51,211 nucleotides of DNA from NCBI GenBank assembly GCA_017857425.1, contig JAFMDE010000001.1:1-51211 (forward strand), written 5' to 3'. The DNA is from Akkermansiaceae bacterium. Lineage in GTDB: Bacteria; Verrucomicrobiota; Verrucomicrobiia; Verrucomicrobiales; Akkermansiaceae. Shown piece by piece: positions 26,701 to 36,539 of this stretch. The notes beneath the pieces were generated by a model. That model ran no database searches. It was not told the DNA's origin and saw nothing but the letters and a program-made list of their open reading frames with translations. A program made the translations under genes and the position numbers. Position 1 is the first letter of the stretch, and the number at the start of each line of letters is the position of its first letter.

Positions 26701-28097
26701 GGCCTGTTTTTTTATTAGGGGGTGCTGTTTTTTTGTTGGGCTGTGTTGCTAAAGCACCTGAGTCGATGTTGACGGAGCTTACACAACCCGTGCCCGTTAG
26801 TTGGTCTGCAAGCAAGCAGGCAAAGTCTGGGGTTGATGTCAATTGGGTGCAACGATTTGGCGATAGTGATCTCACGTCAATTGTAGATGAGGCCTTGGGA
26901 GCCAATTATGAGATGAGTATTGCCGCTGAGCGGCTTGAAAGGGCGCTGGAGGCTGCGCGCGTAGAAGGAGCGCTGGCTAGGCCGCAAATGGTATTGAGCT
27001 CCGATGCAGATCGTCGGAAGACAAGGTTCATTGGGTTTCCTTTTGGAGGTTCAATTATATCAGAAAGCTATGGCGTTGACCTGAAGATTGATTGGGAACC
27101 AGACATATGGGGTCGTGCTCGTGCTGGAAAATCTGCAGCCCTTGCCAGCTGGCAGGCGGGCGGGCAGGACTATCGTGCTGCGCGGGCATCATTGGCGGCC
27201 CAGGTTTGTAAGGCGTGGTTTGCCTTGGCTGAAGCTAACCAACAAGTAGCGCTGGCCCAGCAGGCATTAATTTTAAGAGAGCAAACAGAGGAAGCGGTCA
27301 GAGGTCGATACCAGCGGGATATGCGCGCCGAGGGAGGCTCAGCATCTCAGCTAAGGTTGTCTCAGTCTGATGTGGCTAGTGCAAAGGCTGAATTGTCAGC
27401 AAAACGAGGTAATCAAGAGACGGCTCGTCGACAACTGGAATTGCTGGCGGGAAGATATCCAGCAGCCCAAATGTATGGCCGCGCGAGCTTGCCTCATATA
27501 GCATCATCGCCTCCGGCAGGATTACCCTCAGAACTTTTACTACGTAGGCCAGATATTATAGCTGCTGAGCGGCGTTACGCAGCCACGACAAAGCGCATTA
27601 AAGAAGCAAAGTTAGCCATTTTCCCGAGTTTTAAAATCACCGGTAGGACAGGAACGACAACGGAGTCATTGGGTGATATTATCAATAGTGATTTTGGGGT
27701 GTGGTCTGTTGGGGCTAATTTATTACAGCCGATCCTCACCGGCGGTCGTGTTCGTGGTGAGATTCGTATTCGCAAATCGAGTAAACGTGAGGCTCTTGCC
27801 GTCCTTCATAAAACCGTGCTTAACGCTTTTGGTGAAGTGGAGCAGGCACTGTCAAACGAACGATGGCTGCTGCGGCGCGAACAAGAAATTCGAAATGCCC
27901 GTGATCTAGCTCGGGATGCGGCTAAGGCTGCGGAGGATGACTATCGAGATGGCAACGGAGATGTTCTGACCTTGTTTGCCTCACAGACAAGGAAGATACA
28001 ACTTGAGTCACAACATACCACTCTAAGAAGGCTGCGGTTGGTTAATCGCGTCGACCTTCACCTTGCTCTTGGGGGTGGTTTTGAAATCAAACAGTAA
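26697..28097 (+). CDS. RND efflux outer-membrane lipoprotein (NodT/OprM family)
   Basis: Lipobox LLGC, WEPDIWGR, P.GLPSELLLRRPDI.AAE, L.LALGGG; ATGA overlap with the TetR stop. Confidence 0.93.
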   Translation: MRPVFLLGGAVFLLGCVAKAPESMLTELTQPVPVSWSASKQAKSGVDVNWVQRFGDSDLTSIVDEALGANYEMSIAAERLERALEAARVEGALARPQMVLSSDADRRKTRFIGFPFGGSIISESYGVDLKIDWEPDIWGRARAGKSAALASWQAGGQDYRAARASLAAQVCKAWFALAEANQQVALAQQALILREQTEEAVRGRYQRDMRAEGGSASQLRLSQSDVASAKAELSAKRGNQETARRQLELLAGRYPAAQMYGRASLPHIASSPPAGLPSELLLRRPDIIAAERRYAATTKRIKEAKLAIFPSFKITGRTGTTTESLGDIINSDFGVWSVGANLLQPILTGGRVRGEIRIRKSSKREALAVLHKTVLNAFGEVEQALSNERWLLRREQEIRNARDLARDAAKAAEDDYRDGNGDVLTLFASQTRKIQLESQHTTLRRLRLVNRVDLHLALGGGFEIKQ

Positions 28098-28111
28098 TGA
28101 AACAATAATTT

Positions 28112-29311
28112 ATGAGCGAAGAAGTAAAATATTCTCAATCAGACGACTCGACGACTTCGGGCAAGTGGGTGCATCGATCCAAGATTGTTGCCCTTATCAT
28201 CGTATTATTCGTTGGCGTTGTTGTGATGAAATACCTCAAGGATAATGGGCCTGAGGCGGACAAGGAGTTACCGCCTCGAGTCATTCCTGTGGTTAATGTG
28301 ATAAAGGCTAGGTTAGGTGCCGAGCAATTAGTCATTAGTACTCAAGGTAGAGTGGAGCCAGTAAGAAGAACTCAGGCGGCGTCAGAAGTGATGGGTCGAG
28401 TGGTGATGGTCTCTCCGAAGTTTGAGGTGGGCGGTCAGTTTTCCCATGATGAAATCATGTTGGAAATAGACAGCGCAGATTATGTTTCCGCACTTGCTAC
28501 AGCAGAATCTTCTCTGGCGGACGCCAGATTATTACTCGCCCAAGAGCAAGCTCGAGCTGATCAAGCGGGGCGTGATTGGCAAAAGCTAGGGAGAGGGGAA
28601 CCTTCCGAGTTGGTGCTGCGCAAACCTCAAATTGAGAGTGCCCAGGCTCATATCGCAGCAGCCACGGCATCCGTGGGGAAAGCGAAGCGTGACCTAGAGC
28701 GAACCAAGCTACGAGCTCCTTATGATTGCCGGGTTGAGGCGAGTTATACCGACCTAGGCTCTTATGTTATGACCGGTGCACGCTTGGCAGACCTGTATTC
28801 AGCCAATGCATTTGAAGTGCGCGTGCCGGTGACTCTTGAAGAATTAGCATACCTAGATAAAGGTAAGATTGTAGGATCCAAGGTGATCGCAAATGCCTTG
28901 TTAGGTGGTGTCGATAGGCAATGGCATGGCACTATTATAAGGAACGAGGGGCTGGTCGACCAGCAGACTATGACGATGTATTTAGTGGTAGGGATAAAGC
29001 CGCAATCTGAAGCCGGTCCATACCAACTGCCACCACTAGGCCTTTTTGTGCAGGCTGAAATACAGGGAGGAGTCATGGAAGGAGTTATTAAGGTTCCTCG
29101 CAGTGCATTGAGGCCGGACAACACTCTACTCACGGTCAATGATTTCAATGAATTGGAGATCAGCCCAGTGACGCTAGCTCGAACACTTGAGAAAAGCGTG
29201 CTGGTTTCTGCCGGCTTGAGTGATGGAGCTAAGGTTATTGTCAGTCCCATGGAGACACCGGTTTCTGGCATGAAGCTTTCGGTTCAAGAACAAGCAGAAG
29301 GCGGCAAGTAA
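28112..29311 (+). CDS. RND efflux periplasmic adaptor (MFP)
   Basis: N-terminal TM anchor, EV.GRV lipoyl half, helical hairpin, L.RT.LRAPYD, G.FV.AEI, VPRSAL. Confidence 0.93.
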   Translation: MSEEVKYSQSDDSTTSGKWVHRSKIVALIIVLFVGVVVMKYLKDNGPEADKELPPRVIPVVNVIKARLGAEQLVISTQGRVEPVRRTQAASEVMGRVVMVSPKFEVGGQFSHDEIMLEIDSADYVSALATAESSLADARLLLAQEQARADQAGRDWQKLGRGEPSELVLRKPQIESAQAHIAAATASVGKAKRDLERTKLRAPYDCRVEASYTDLGSYVMTGARLADLYSANAFEVRVPVTLEELAYLDKGKIVGSKVIANALLGGVDRQWHGTIIRNEGLVDQQTMTMYLVVGIKPQSEAGPYQLPPLGLFVQAEIQGGVMEGVIKVPRSALRPDNTLLTVNDFNELEISPVTLARTLEKSVLVSAGLSDGAKVIVSPMETPVSGMKLSVQEQAEGGK

Positions 29312-29335
29312 TAAAGAATACTTTTAATTAGAGAT

Positions 29336-32300
29336 ATGCAAAAAGCCATCCAATGGTTCAGTAGAAACCACGTTGCTGCCAACTTCATCATGTTGTTGGT
29401 GATGCTGGCGGGCATTACGACTTGGTTTAAGCTCAAGAAGGAGGTGTTTCCTAATATTTCACTGGATGCCGTGCTCGTGCAGGTGCCGTTTCCCAATGCA
29501 ACACCTGAGGAAGTTGAAGATGGTATTTTGCTGCCGCTGGAGGACGCCATCGCCGATGTTGACGGGGTGAAAAGGGTGACCTCCACCGCAACGGAATCAA
29601 TGGGTGCGGTGACCGTGGAGGTGGAGACGGGTTACGAAGTGCGTGATGTGATGGGGGACCTGAAGTCCAAAGTAGACGCGATCAGTAATTTCCCTGAAAA
29701 TTCCGAAAAGCCGATCTTAGAAGAGGCGAGGTTGGATATGCAGGTCATGAGTATTGCAGTCTCAGCTGATGCAGATGAGAAAACAATGCGCGAACTGGGA
29801 GAGATTGTGCGTGATGGCTTGTTAGATTATAAGGCTCCGCAGCCCGTTGGCATGGGGGCGAAGATAAACCGCATGCTGCGTGGTGAGCCAAAGATTACCA
29901 AAGCTAGCTTAACTGGAGTAAGGCCATACGAGATTTCTATCGAGGTTTCTGAAGAGATACTTCGAAGTCATCAGATCAGCTTGCTGCAAGTGGCTGATGC
30001 GGTGCGAAGAACTTCGCTTGACTTGCCTAGTGGCTCGATACGTACGGAGGCAGGTGAAGTCGTTATCCGGGCAAGGGGTAAGCGTTATACCTCCAAGGAA
30101 TTTGAAGATATTGTGGTGTCGACGAAACCGGACGGATCGATTCTTTTGCTTCGTGATATCGCAACGATTATAGATGGTTTTGAGGATGTTGATATTAGCT
30201 CTCATTTTGACGGTAGAGCTACAGTATTGGTGAATGTTTACCGTACAGGCGAACAGAATGCCTTGCTGATATCAGAGGCTGTTAAGGACTACATCGGCAA
30301 TGTGGCTCCTGGGCAATTGCCAGAGGCGGTCGAGTTGGAACTATGGAATGATAGTAGTGAGCTGCTTAAGGGACGCTTGAGTCTTTTGATTCGTAATGGA
30401 GCCACGGGTTTGGTGTTTGTTTTTCTGGTGCTGGCCTTGTTCTTGAGACCAAGCTTGGCATTTCTCGTAGCACTTGGAATTCCGGTTTCTTTTGCCGGTG
30501 GGATTTGGCTGATGCCGGAACTGGGTGTGTCCATCAATATGATATCGCTGTTCGCGTTTATCCTTGTGCTGGGTATCGTCGTTGATGACGCCATCATTGT
30601 CGGGGAAAACGTGTATCGACGTATTCAGGGCGGTGAACATCCCCGTGAAGCAAGCTGGAGAGGAACCCATGAAGTGGGCACCGTTGTCATTTTTGGGGTG
30701 TTGACGACGATGGCAGCCTTTACGCCCATGCTGGGTATCAGTGGGGTCAGTGGTAAGATATGGCCCAATATTCCTTTAGTGGTAATCCCCGTGCTGATGT
30801 TCTCGCTGCTTCAATCGAAGCTTGTTTTACCGGCGCACCTCGCCTTGCTCAAGCCCCATGTAGAGGGAGACAAGGTCAATGTCATCTTTCGCATTCAGCG
30901 CAGGGTTGCCGGTGGTTTGGAGACATTTGTGCAGAGCATCTATAAGCCAGCTCTGATGAGCTGTCTGCGCCATCGTTATTCGGTGTGGGCAGTTTTTGCC
31001 GCGCTCTTAATGGCTGTCTTTGGGCTGGTGATGGGGAAGTGGGTCCCATTTGAGTTTATGCCCAAGGTGGAAGGCGATGTGGTCACCGCAAAACTTGAGA
31101 TGCCGACGGGGGTTCCTTTTGTGACGACAGAGGCGGAAATAGAGAAGATCGAAAAAGCGGCACAGCGAGTGGGTGCACGGCATAAGGATTCCAACGGCAA
31201 GCCTGTATCCGTGCATATTTTGGCAACTTCTGGCACGCAGCCCTTTCAGATGGGTTTTGGTGCAGACCGCATTCCTATTGGTAGTAATCTCGGCGAGGTG
31301 ACTGTGGAGCTCAAGCCCGCGGCTGATCGGAGTATTTCGGCAGATGAATTTATTGCTGAGTGGCGCCGAGAAATTGGTTTGATTGCGGGTGTGGTTGAAT
31401 TGAGTTTTCGGCAGGAAACGGGAGCCAGTGGCAATGCCATAGATATTGAAATTTCAGGGCGAGATCTTGGCATGCTGCGGAAAGCGGCAGATCACATTAC
31501 CAATGAACTCAATGGTTACGCCGGGGTCAAAGATATCTCAACGGATAACCGCAGGGGCAAACGAGAGCTTATTTACGAAGAGCTTACACCTGCAGGTAGG
31601 GCCATGGGCTTTAGTTTGCAATCGATTGCGCTGCAGATCAGGCAGTCATTTTATGGTGAGGAGGTGCAGCGCATTCAACGTGGACGAGATGAGCTCAAGG
31701 TTATGGTGCGCTATCCCTCTGAAGAGCGGAAATCGATCCAGAACCTTGAAGGTGTTCGGTTAAAAACCACAGAGGGAGGTGAGGTTCCCCTTGCTGTGGT
31801 GGCTAATGCTCGCCCGGCGCGCGGCCCGGCATCGATTCACCGAGTAGACCGTAAACGCTCGATTAAAATCAGTGCCGATGTTGACCGAGCAAAGGCGAAT
31901 GCTAACGAGGTTGTTTCCCTCTTCACTGATGAGGTGCTTGCCGGGTTGTCTGTAAAATTTCCTGGTGTTTCTTGGGATTATCTGGGTGAGCAGAAAGATC
32001 AGAAAGATTCGATTTCGGAGATGGGGGTGAAGTTTGTCTTTGCCCTGTTAGGCATCTATGTGCTCATGGCTATTCCTCTGAAATCATACATTCAGCCAGT
32101 GATCGTGATGAGTGTGATTCCCTTTGGTATTGTCGGTGCAGTGGCAGGGCACATCCTCATGGGTATGGACCTCAGCATTATGTCACTGTGTGGCATTATA
32201 GCCCTTTCTGGGGTTGTTGTTAATGACAGCCTGGTTTTGGTGGAATATGTGAACCGTCATCGAAAAGAGGGAGGTAGCCTAATCCATGCGGTGCACAATG

Positions 32301-32539
32301 CCGGAGCTGCACGTTTCCGCCCGATTTTGCTGACCTCGTTAACGACCTTTGCTGGCCTGATGCCGATGCTTGTGGAAACTGATATGCAGGCGCGCTTTCT
32401 GGTGCCAATGGCGGTTTCCCTTGGTTTTGGTATCCTTTTTGCGACCTTTATCACGCTGTTGCTCGTGCCCTCGGTTTATATGATGCTGGAGGATTTAAAG
32501 AGCTTGGTTGGTAAGAAGCTCAAGAGCCAGGAGTCTTAG
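29336..32539 (+). CDS. RND efflux permease (AcrB/AcrD/AcrF family)
   Basis: 1067 aa; GIVVDDAIIVGEN, GVVVND, RFRPILLTS, P.A.SLGFG; RND topology. Confidence 0.96.
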   Translation: MQKAIQWFSRNHVAANFIMLLVMLAGITTWFKLKKEVFPNISLDAVLVQVPFPNATPEEVEDGILLPLEDAIADVDGVKRVTSTATESMGAVTVEVETGYEVRDVMGDLKSKVDAISNFPENSEKPILEEARLDMQVMSIAVSADADEKTMRELGEIVRDGLLDYKAPQPVGMGAKINRMLRGEPKITKASLTGVRPYEISIEVSEEILRSHQISLLQVADAVRRTSLDLPSGSIRTEAGEVVIRARGKRYTSKEFEDIVVSTKPDGSILLLRDIATIIDGFEDVDISSHFDGRATVLVNVYRTGEQNALLISEAVKDYIGNVAPGQLPEAVELELWNDSSELLKGRLSLLIRNGATGLVFVFLVLALFLRPSLAFLVALGIPVSFAGGIWLMPELGVSINMISLFAFILVLGIVVDDAIIVGENVYRRIQGGEHPREASWRGTHEVGTVVIFGVLTTMAAFTPMLGISGVSGKIWPNIPLVVIPVLMFSLLQSKLVLPAHLALLKPHVEGDKVNVIFRIQRRVAGGLETFVQSIYKPALMSCLRHRYSVWAVFAALLMAVFGLVMGKWVPFEFMPKVEGDVVTAKLEMPTGVPFVTTEAEIEKIEKAAQRVGARHKDSNGKPVSVHILATSGTQPFQMGFGADRIPIGSNLGEVTVELKPAADRSISADEFIAEWRREIGLIAGVVELSFRQETGASGNAIDIEISGRDLGMLRKAADHITNELNGYAGVKDISTDNRRGKRELIYEELTPAGRAMGFSLQSIALQIRQSFYGEEVQRIQRGRDELKVMVRYPSEERKSIQNLEGVRLKTTEGGEVPLAVVANARPARGPASIHRVDRKRSIKISADVDRAKANANEVVSLFTDEVLAGLSVKFPGVSWDYLGEQKDQKDSISEMGVKFVFALLGIYVLMAIPLKSYIQPVIVMSVIPFGIVGAVAGHILMGMDLSIMSLCGIIALSGVVVNDSLVLVEYVNRHRKEGGSLIHAVHNAGAARFRPILLTSLTTFAGLMPMLVETDMQARFLVPMAVSLGFGILFATFITLLLVPSVYMMLEDLKSLVGKKLKSQES

Positions 32540-32679
32540 CTATTTGTGCGACCCAGAGAGCTACAATCCTGTGGTGTTTTTATAATGGCAAAGAAGATCA
32601 GCTTCGATAGGGTAAGTTTCGTAGGATATTGTTGCGCCTTTCGCCATCAGTCCTATCAACCAATAACCATACTACTATT

Positions 32680-33273
32680 ATGACAACAGCTATTACTATT
32701 CTCGCAGTTCTGGCAGGTCTTGTTCTTGTCGTCGCCTTCTGGGTGATCGGTATATACAACGGCCTTGTTAAGCTCCGTAACCTATACCGCAATGCGTTTG
32801 CACAAATCGATGTGCAGTTAAAGCGGCGCTATGACTTAATTCCTAATCTTGTGGAAACCGCTAAGAGTTTCATGAAACACGAGAAAGAGACGCTTGAGGG
32901 TGTCATTGAGGCTAGGAACATGGCCAGCTCTGCTCGTCAGAGCGCCAATACTGAGGACGCGTCTTCAATGGGGGCATTGATGGCCGCTGAGGGTGGCCTT
33001 GGCGGTGCGCTGGGTCGTCTTTTTGCTCTTTCTGAGGCTTATCCTGATCTCAAAAGTAATGCTAATATGATGCAGGTCAGTGAAGAGCTTACCACCACAG
33101 AAAACAAAATATCCTTCTCTCGACAGGCATACAACGATGCGGTCACTCAATACAACACACAGACCGAGGTGTTTCCCTCTAGTCTTATTGCCGGCATCTT
33201 TAATTTCGGCACGGCAACCTTGTTTGAGGTGACTGAAGAGAGTGAGCGTGAGGCTGTAAAAGTTGAATTTTAG
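32680..33273 (+). CDS. lemA: LemA family protein
   Basis: YN.LV.LRN, QIDVQLKRRYDLIPNLVET, EAYPDLK, ENKI...RQAYND, FPS. Confidence 0.95.
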   Translation: MTTAITILAVLAGLVLVVAFWVIGIYNGLVKLRNLYRNAFAQIDVQLKRRYDLIPNLVETAKSFMKHEKETLEGVIEARNMASSARQSANTEDASSMGALMAAEGGLGGALGRLFALSEAYPDLKSNANMMQVSEELTTTENKISFSRQAYNDAVTQYNTQTEVFPSSLIAGIFNFGTATLFEVTEESEREAVKVEF

Positions 33274-33321
33274 TCGCCTAGACGATCGTTCGCTTAAGGC
33301 AGCCTTAGGCCATCAATTCCA

Positions 33322-35232
33322 ATGAATTTTTTCGCGGCACAGGATGACGCTAGACGTAGGACCAAGTGGTTGGTTGTCTATTTCGCGCTGGCTATCATCG
33401 GCGTGATCCTATCGGTGTATGGTATTGTTTATTTAGCAATGCTCTACACGGGTGTGACAGTGAACCCTTGGATGCCAGGTGTGTTCACAGCTACCGCGCT
33501 TGGCACAGGTGGTGTCATGGGCACAGGGAGTCTGTTTAAAACCATGCAGCTTAATGGTGGTGGTGCTGTTGTCGCCAAAGACCTCGGTGCTAGGCAGGTG
33601 GATCCCCATACTAATGATGCGGATGAGCGCCGGCTGGTCAATGTGGTGGAGGAAATGGCGATTGCCTCAGGCTTACCTGTTCCCGGTATTTGGTTGATGG
33701 ATGATGAGCTAGCGATCAACGCCTTTGCGGCTGGAACCGAACCTGGTAATGCGGTTGTCGCAGTAACGAGGGGATGCCTCCAAAGGCTTAGTAGATCTGA
33801 GCTTCAGGGGGTGGTGGCACATGAGTTTAGCCATATTCTCAATGGAGATATGAAGCTCAATATGAGGCTCATGGGGCTTCTGTTTGGTGTTTTAATGATT
33901 TCGATGATAGGTCGCATGTTGTTTCAGGCCTTGCGTTTTATGCGGGTCCGCAGCTCCAACAGTAAAGATAGTGGTGCTGTAGTAGTCGTGGTTATTGTCC
34001 TGGCGGGTGTGGCTTTGATGATCGTCGGTAGTATTGGCGTTTTTTTTGGCAGGTTGATTCAGGCCGCTATTTCACGCCAACGTGAGTATTTGGCCGACGC
34101 CTCAGCGGTGCAGTTTACTCGTGATCCTGAAGGTATTGCTGGTGCCTTGAAAAAGATCGGGGGTCAACAGCATGGGGCCAAGATCAACGCACCGAAAGCA
34201 ACGGAGGCGAGCCATTTGTTTTTTGCAGATGGGGGGATGTTCAGTTACGGGCTTGCTACTCACCCACCTCTGAATATCAGAATCAAGGCGATCCAAAAAA
34301 ACTGGGATGGTGAGTTTGTGGCAACTACGCTTCCGGATGTAGCAGAGGGCAGGGCCACCAGTGAACACCAAGGAGATGCACGGGCTAGTGGCTTTAGCGG
34401 ATCGACTGTAGCCACGCTGCCTCCCATTTCGCGTGCGCAGATAGATCGCTTGGGAGAACCCTCTGAGGTGGATGCTGGCGTTGGTCACTTGCTCTATGAA
34501 TCCTTGCACGCAGACTGGGTGTCTGCATGTCATGACCGTGAAGAAGCGCAGGCACTCATCTTTGGATTATTGTTGGCAGAGGATAATAAACTACGTGATG
34601 AGGAAATCTTGTTTATTAAAAATGGTGCTGGCAAGGATGCCGGCAAGCTAGCGCTGCAATGGAATCATCAGCTGGGCGATTTGCATTCTTCTGAGAAAGT
34701 CGCTTTAGTGGATTTATCTATTCCAACGCTCAGGCGCTTGTCCTTGCCTGAATACGATCGCTTTGTAGAAATCACGCAGTGGTTGATTGCCAGTGACGGC
34801 CAGGTTGATTTGTTTGAGTTTATGCTGCAACATGTTGTGGAGCGTCATCTGAATTCACACTTCCGACCAGGCTCGATGGCGAAGACGAAGTATCGCAATA
34901 TGGATACCTTGGTCAACGAGGCCAATATTCTAGTAACAACGATGGCAGCAGTCGGCGGAGAAGATCAGATGAGAAGTGCCTACCAGGCAGCTACCGCTGA
35001 GTGGGCATGGCAACTGGAGATGGCGCCTGCAGCTGAGTGTGGCCTGAGATCTATTGAGCTAGCGCTCGAGAAGTTTGATCATGCAGCACCTTTAGTCAAA
35101 AAGCAGCTTATTCGCATGCTGGGCTTGGCGGTGATGCACGACGGGGTAGTGGCAAGTCGTGAGGCGGAGTTGCTGCGAGCTACTGCAGATGCCATCGGCT
35201 GCGCGATTCCTCCTTTTATCAAAAGGGGCTGA
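33322..35232 (+). CDS. M48 (HtpX-like) zinc metallopeptidase with long C-terminal extension
   Basis: INAFAAG, VAVTRG, AHEFSH (HExxH), SRQREYLADA, ATHPP...RI. Confidence 0.92.
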   Translation: MNFFAAQDDARRRTKWLVVYFALAIIGVILSVYGIVYLAMLYTGVTVNPWMPGVFTATALGTGGVMGTGSLFKTMQLNGGGAVVAKDLGARQVDPHTNDADERRLVNVVEEMAIASGLPVPGIWLMDDELAINAFAAGTEPGNAVVAVTRGCLQRLSRSELQGVVAHEFSHILNGDMKLNMRLMGLLFGVLMISMIGRMLFQALRFMRVRSSNSKDSGAVVVVVIVLAGVALMIVGSIGVFFGRLIQAAISRQREYLADASAVQFTRDPEGIAGALKKIGGQQHGAKINAPKATEASHLFFADGGMFSYGLATHPPLNIRIKAIQKNWDGEFVATTLPDVAEGRATSEHQGDARASGFSGSTVATLPPISRAQIDRLGEPSEVDAGVGHLLYESLHADWVSACHDREEAQALIFGLLLAEDNKLRDEEILFIKNGAGKDAGKLALQWNHQLGDLHSSEKVALVDLSIPTLRRLSLPEYDRFVEITQWLIASDGQVDLFEFMLQHVVERHLNSHFRPGSMAKTKYRNMDTLVNEANILVTTMAAVGGEDQMRSAYQAATAEWAWQLEMAPAAECGLRSIELALEKFDHAAPLVKKQLIRMLGLAVMHDGVVASREAELLRATADAIGCAIPPFIKRG

Positions 35233-35315
35233 TCCATCGAGCAAGCCAATTCCTCTCAACGAGGGGCAGACTGGGCAGGCGGTAGAGATGCAGCGGGATT
35301 TTTTTGCATCAAATA

Positions 35316-36527
35316 TTATAAAGTATGACCCATGCGGTCTTTTTTGGTCTTCAAATATTTTTCGTTATGTGGGTTAGAGGGAATGCTTAGAGCAACCTGT
35401 TCGGTAATCTCAAGCTTGTAACCTTCTAGGCCAATAATCTTCTTGGGGTTATTGGTGAGCAGTTTCATTTTTCTCACGCCTAGGTCATAGAGTATTTGAG
35501 CACCCATGCCATAGTCTCGCAGGTCAGATCCGTAGCCTAGCTTCTCGTTGGCTTCGATGGTGTCTAATCCTTGTTCTTGTAATTTGTAGGCATGGATTTT
35601 TGCAGGCAAACCAATGCCGCGACCTTCTTGACGTAGATAGAGTAACACGCCTCCTTCCTCGGCGATTTGTTTCATGGCTGTGTCCAGTTGGCTTCCACAG
35701 TCACAGCGCTTTGAGTGGAAAACGTCTCCAGTGAGGCACTCCGAATGCACGCGTACTAGAGTTGGTTTGTCAGCTGAGATCTCACCTCGTGTGAATGCGA
35801 GGTGATGTCCGGCTGTGCTATCATCGGAATGATCGACATAGTAGAGGTGGCAGTTAAATTCACCGTAATCTGTCGGCATGGAAATCGTTTCAGCGTGACG
35901 AACAAGTTTTTCAGAGCGCCTACGATATGCAATCAAATCAGCAATGCTGCATGCTTTTAGTTTATGCTTAAGCTGATATTCACCGAGATGACCTGAGCGC
36001 CCCATAGAACCGTCTTCGTTCATGATCTCGCAGATCACACCAGCTTCTGAAAATCCAGCAAGGCGAGCAAGGTCAATGGATGCTTCCGTATGGCCTGCAC
36101 GTCGTAGAACTCCTCCAGGCACGGCCTGAAGTGGGAAGATGTGACCTGGTTGAACAAGGGCATGAGGCTTGGCGTCCTCTGATGCGAGAAGCCTGATGGT
36201 TTCGGCCCTGTCGGCTGCGGAGATGCCTGTTGTGATGCCCTCTGCAGCATCCACTGAGACCGTAAAAGCTGTTTTTTGTGATTCGGTGTTGCGTGGAGTC
36301 ATGGCAGGCAGGTCCAGCTCCTGAGCTCGCGTAGCAGTAATAGGGGCGCAAATAAGGCCGCGCCCATGGTTTGCCATAAAGGCAATCATCTCGGGTGTGA
36401 CGGCAGCTGCAGCAGCAACAAGGTCTGCTTCGTTTTCTCGACCAGGGTCATCAACGACAATGACCATCTTGCCTGCTGCGATTTCAGCGATGATTTCATC
36501 GATAGGGTGTAATGTGAGTGCGGACAT
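35316..36527 (-). CDS. ribBA: Bifunctional DHBP synthase / GTP cyclohydrolase II
   Basis: DD..RENEAD, TAFTVSVD, PGHIFPL, RAGHTE; RVHSECLTGD...RCDCG, QEGRGIG, LLTNNP.K. Confidence 0.97.
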   Translation of the reverse strand: MSALTLHPIDEIIAEIAAGKMVIVVDDPGRENEADLVAAAAAVTPEMIAFMANHGRGLICAPITATRAQELDLPAMTPRNTESQKTAFTVSVDAAEGITTGISAADRAETIRLLASEDAKPHALVQPGHIFPLQAVPGGVLRRAGHTEASIDLARLAGFSEAGVICEIMNEDGSMGRSGHLGEYQLKHKLKACSIADLIAYRRRSEKLVRHAETISMPTDYGEFNCHLYYVDHSDDSTAGHHLAFTRGEISADKPTLVRVHSECLTGDVFHSKRCDCGSQLDTAMKQIAEEGGVLLYLRQEGRGIGLPAKIHAYKLQEQGLDTIEANEKLGYGSDLRDYGMGAQILYDLGVRKMKLLTNNPKKIIGLEGYKLEITEQVALSIPSNPHNEKYLKTKKDRMGHTL

Positions 36528-36539
36528 GTTGGTTATATG

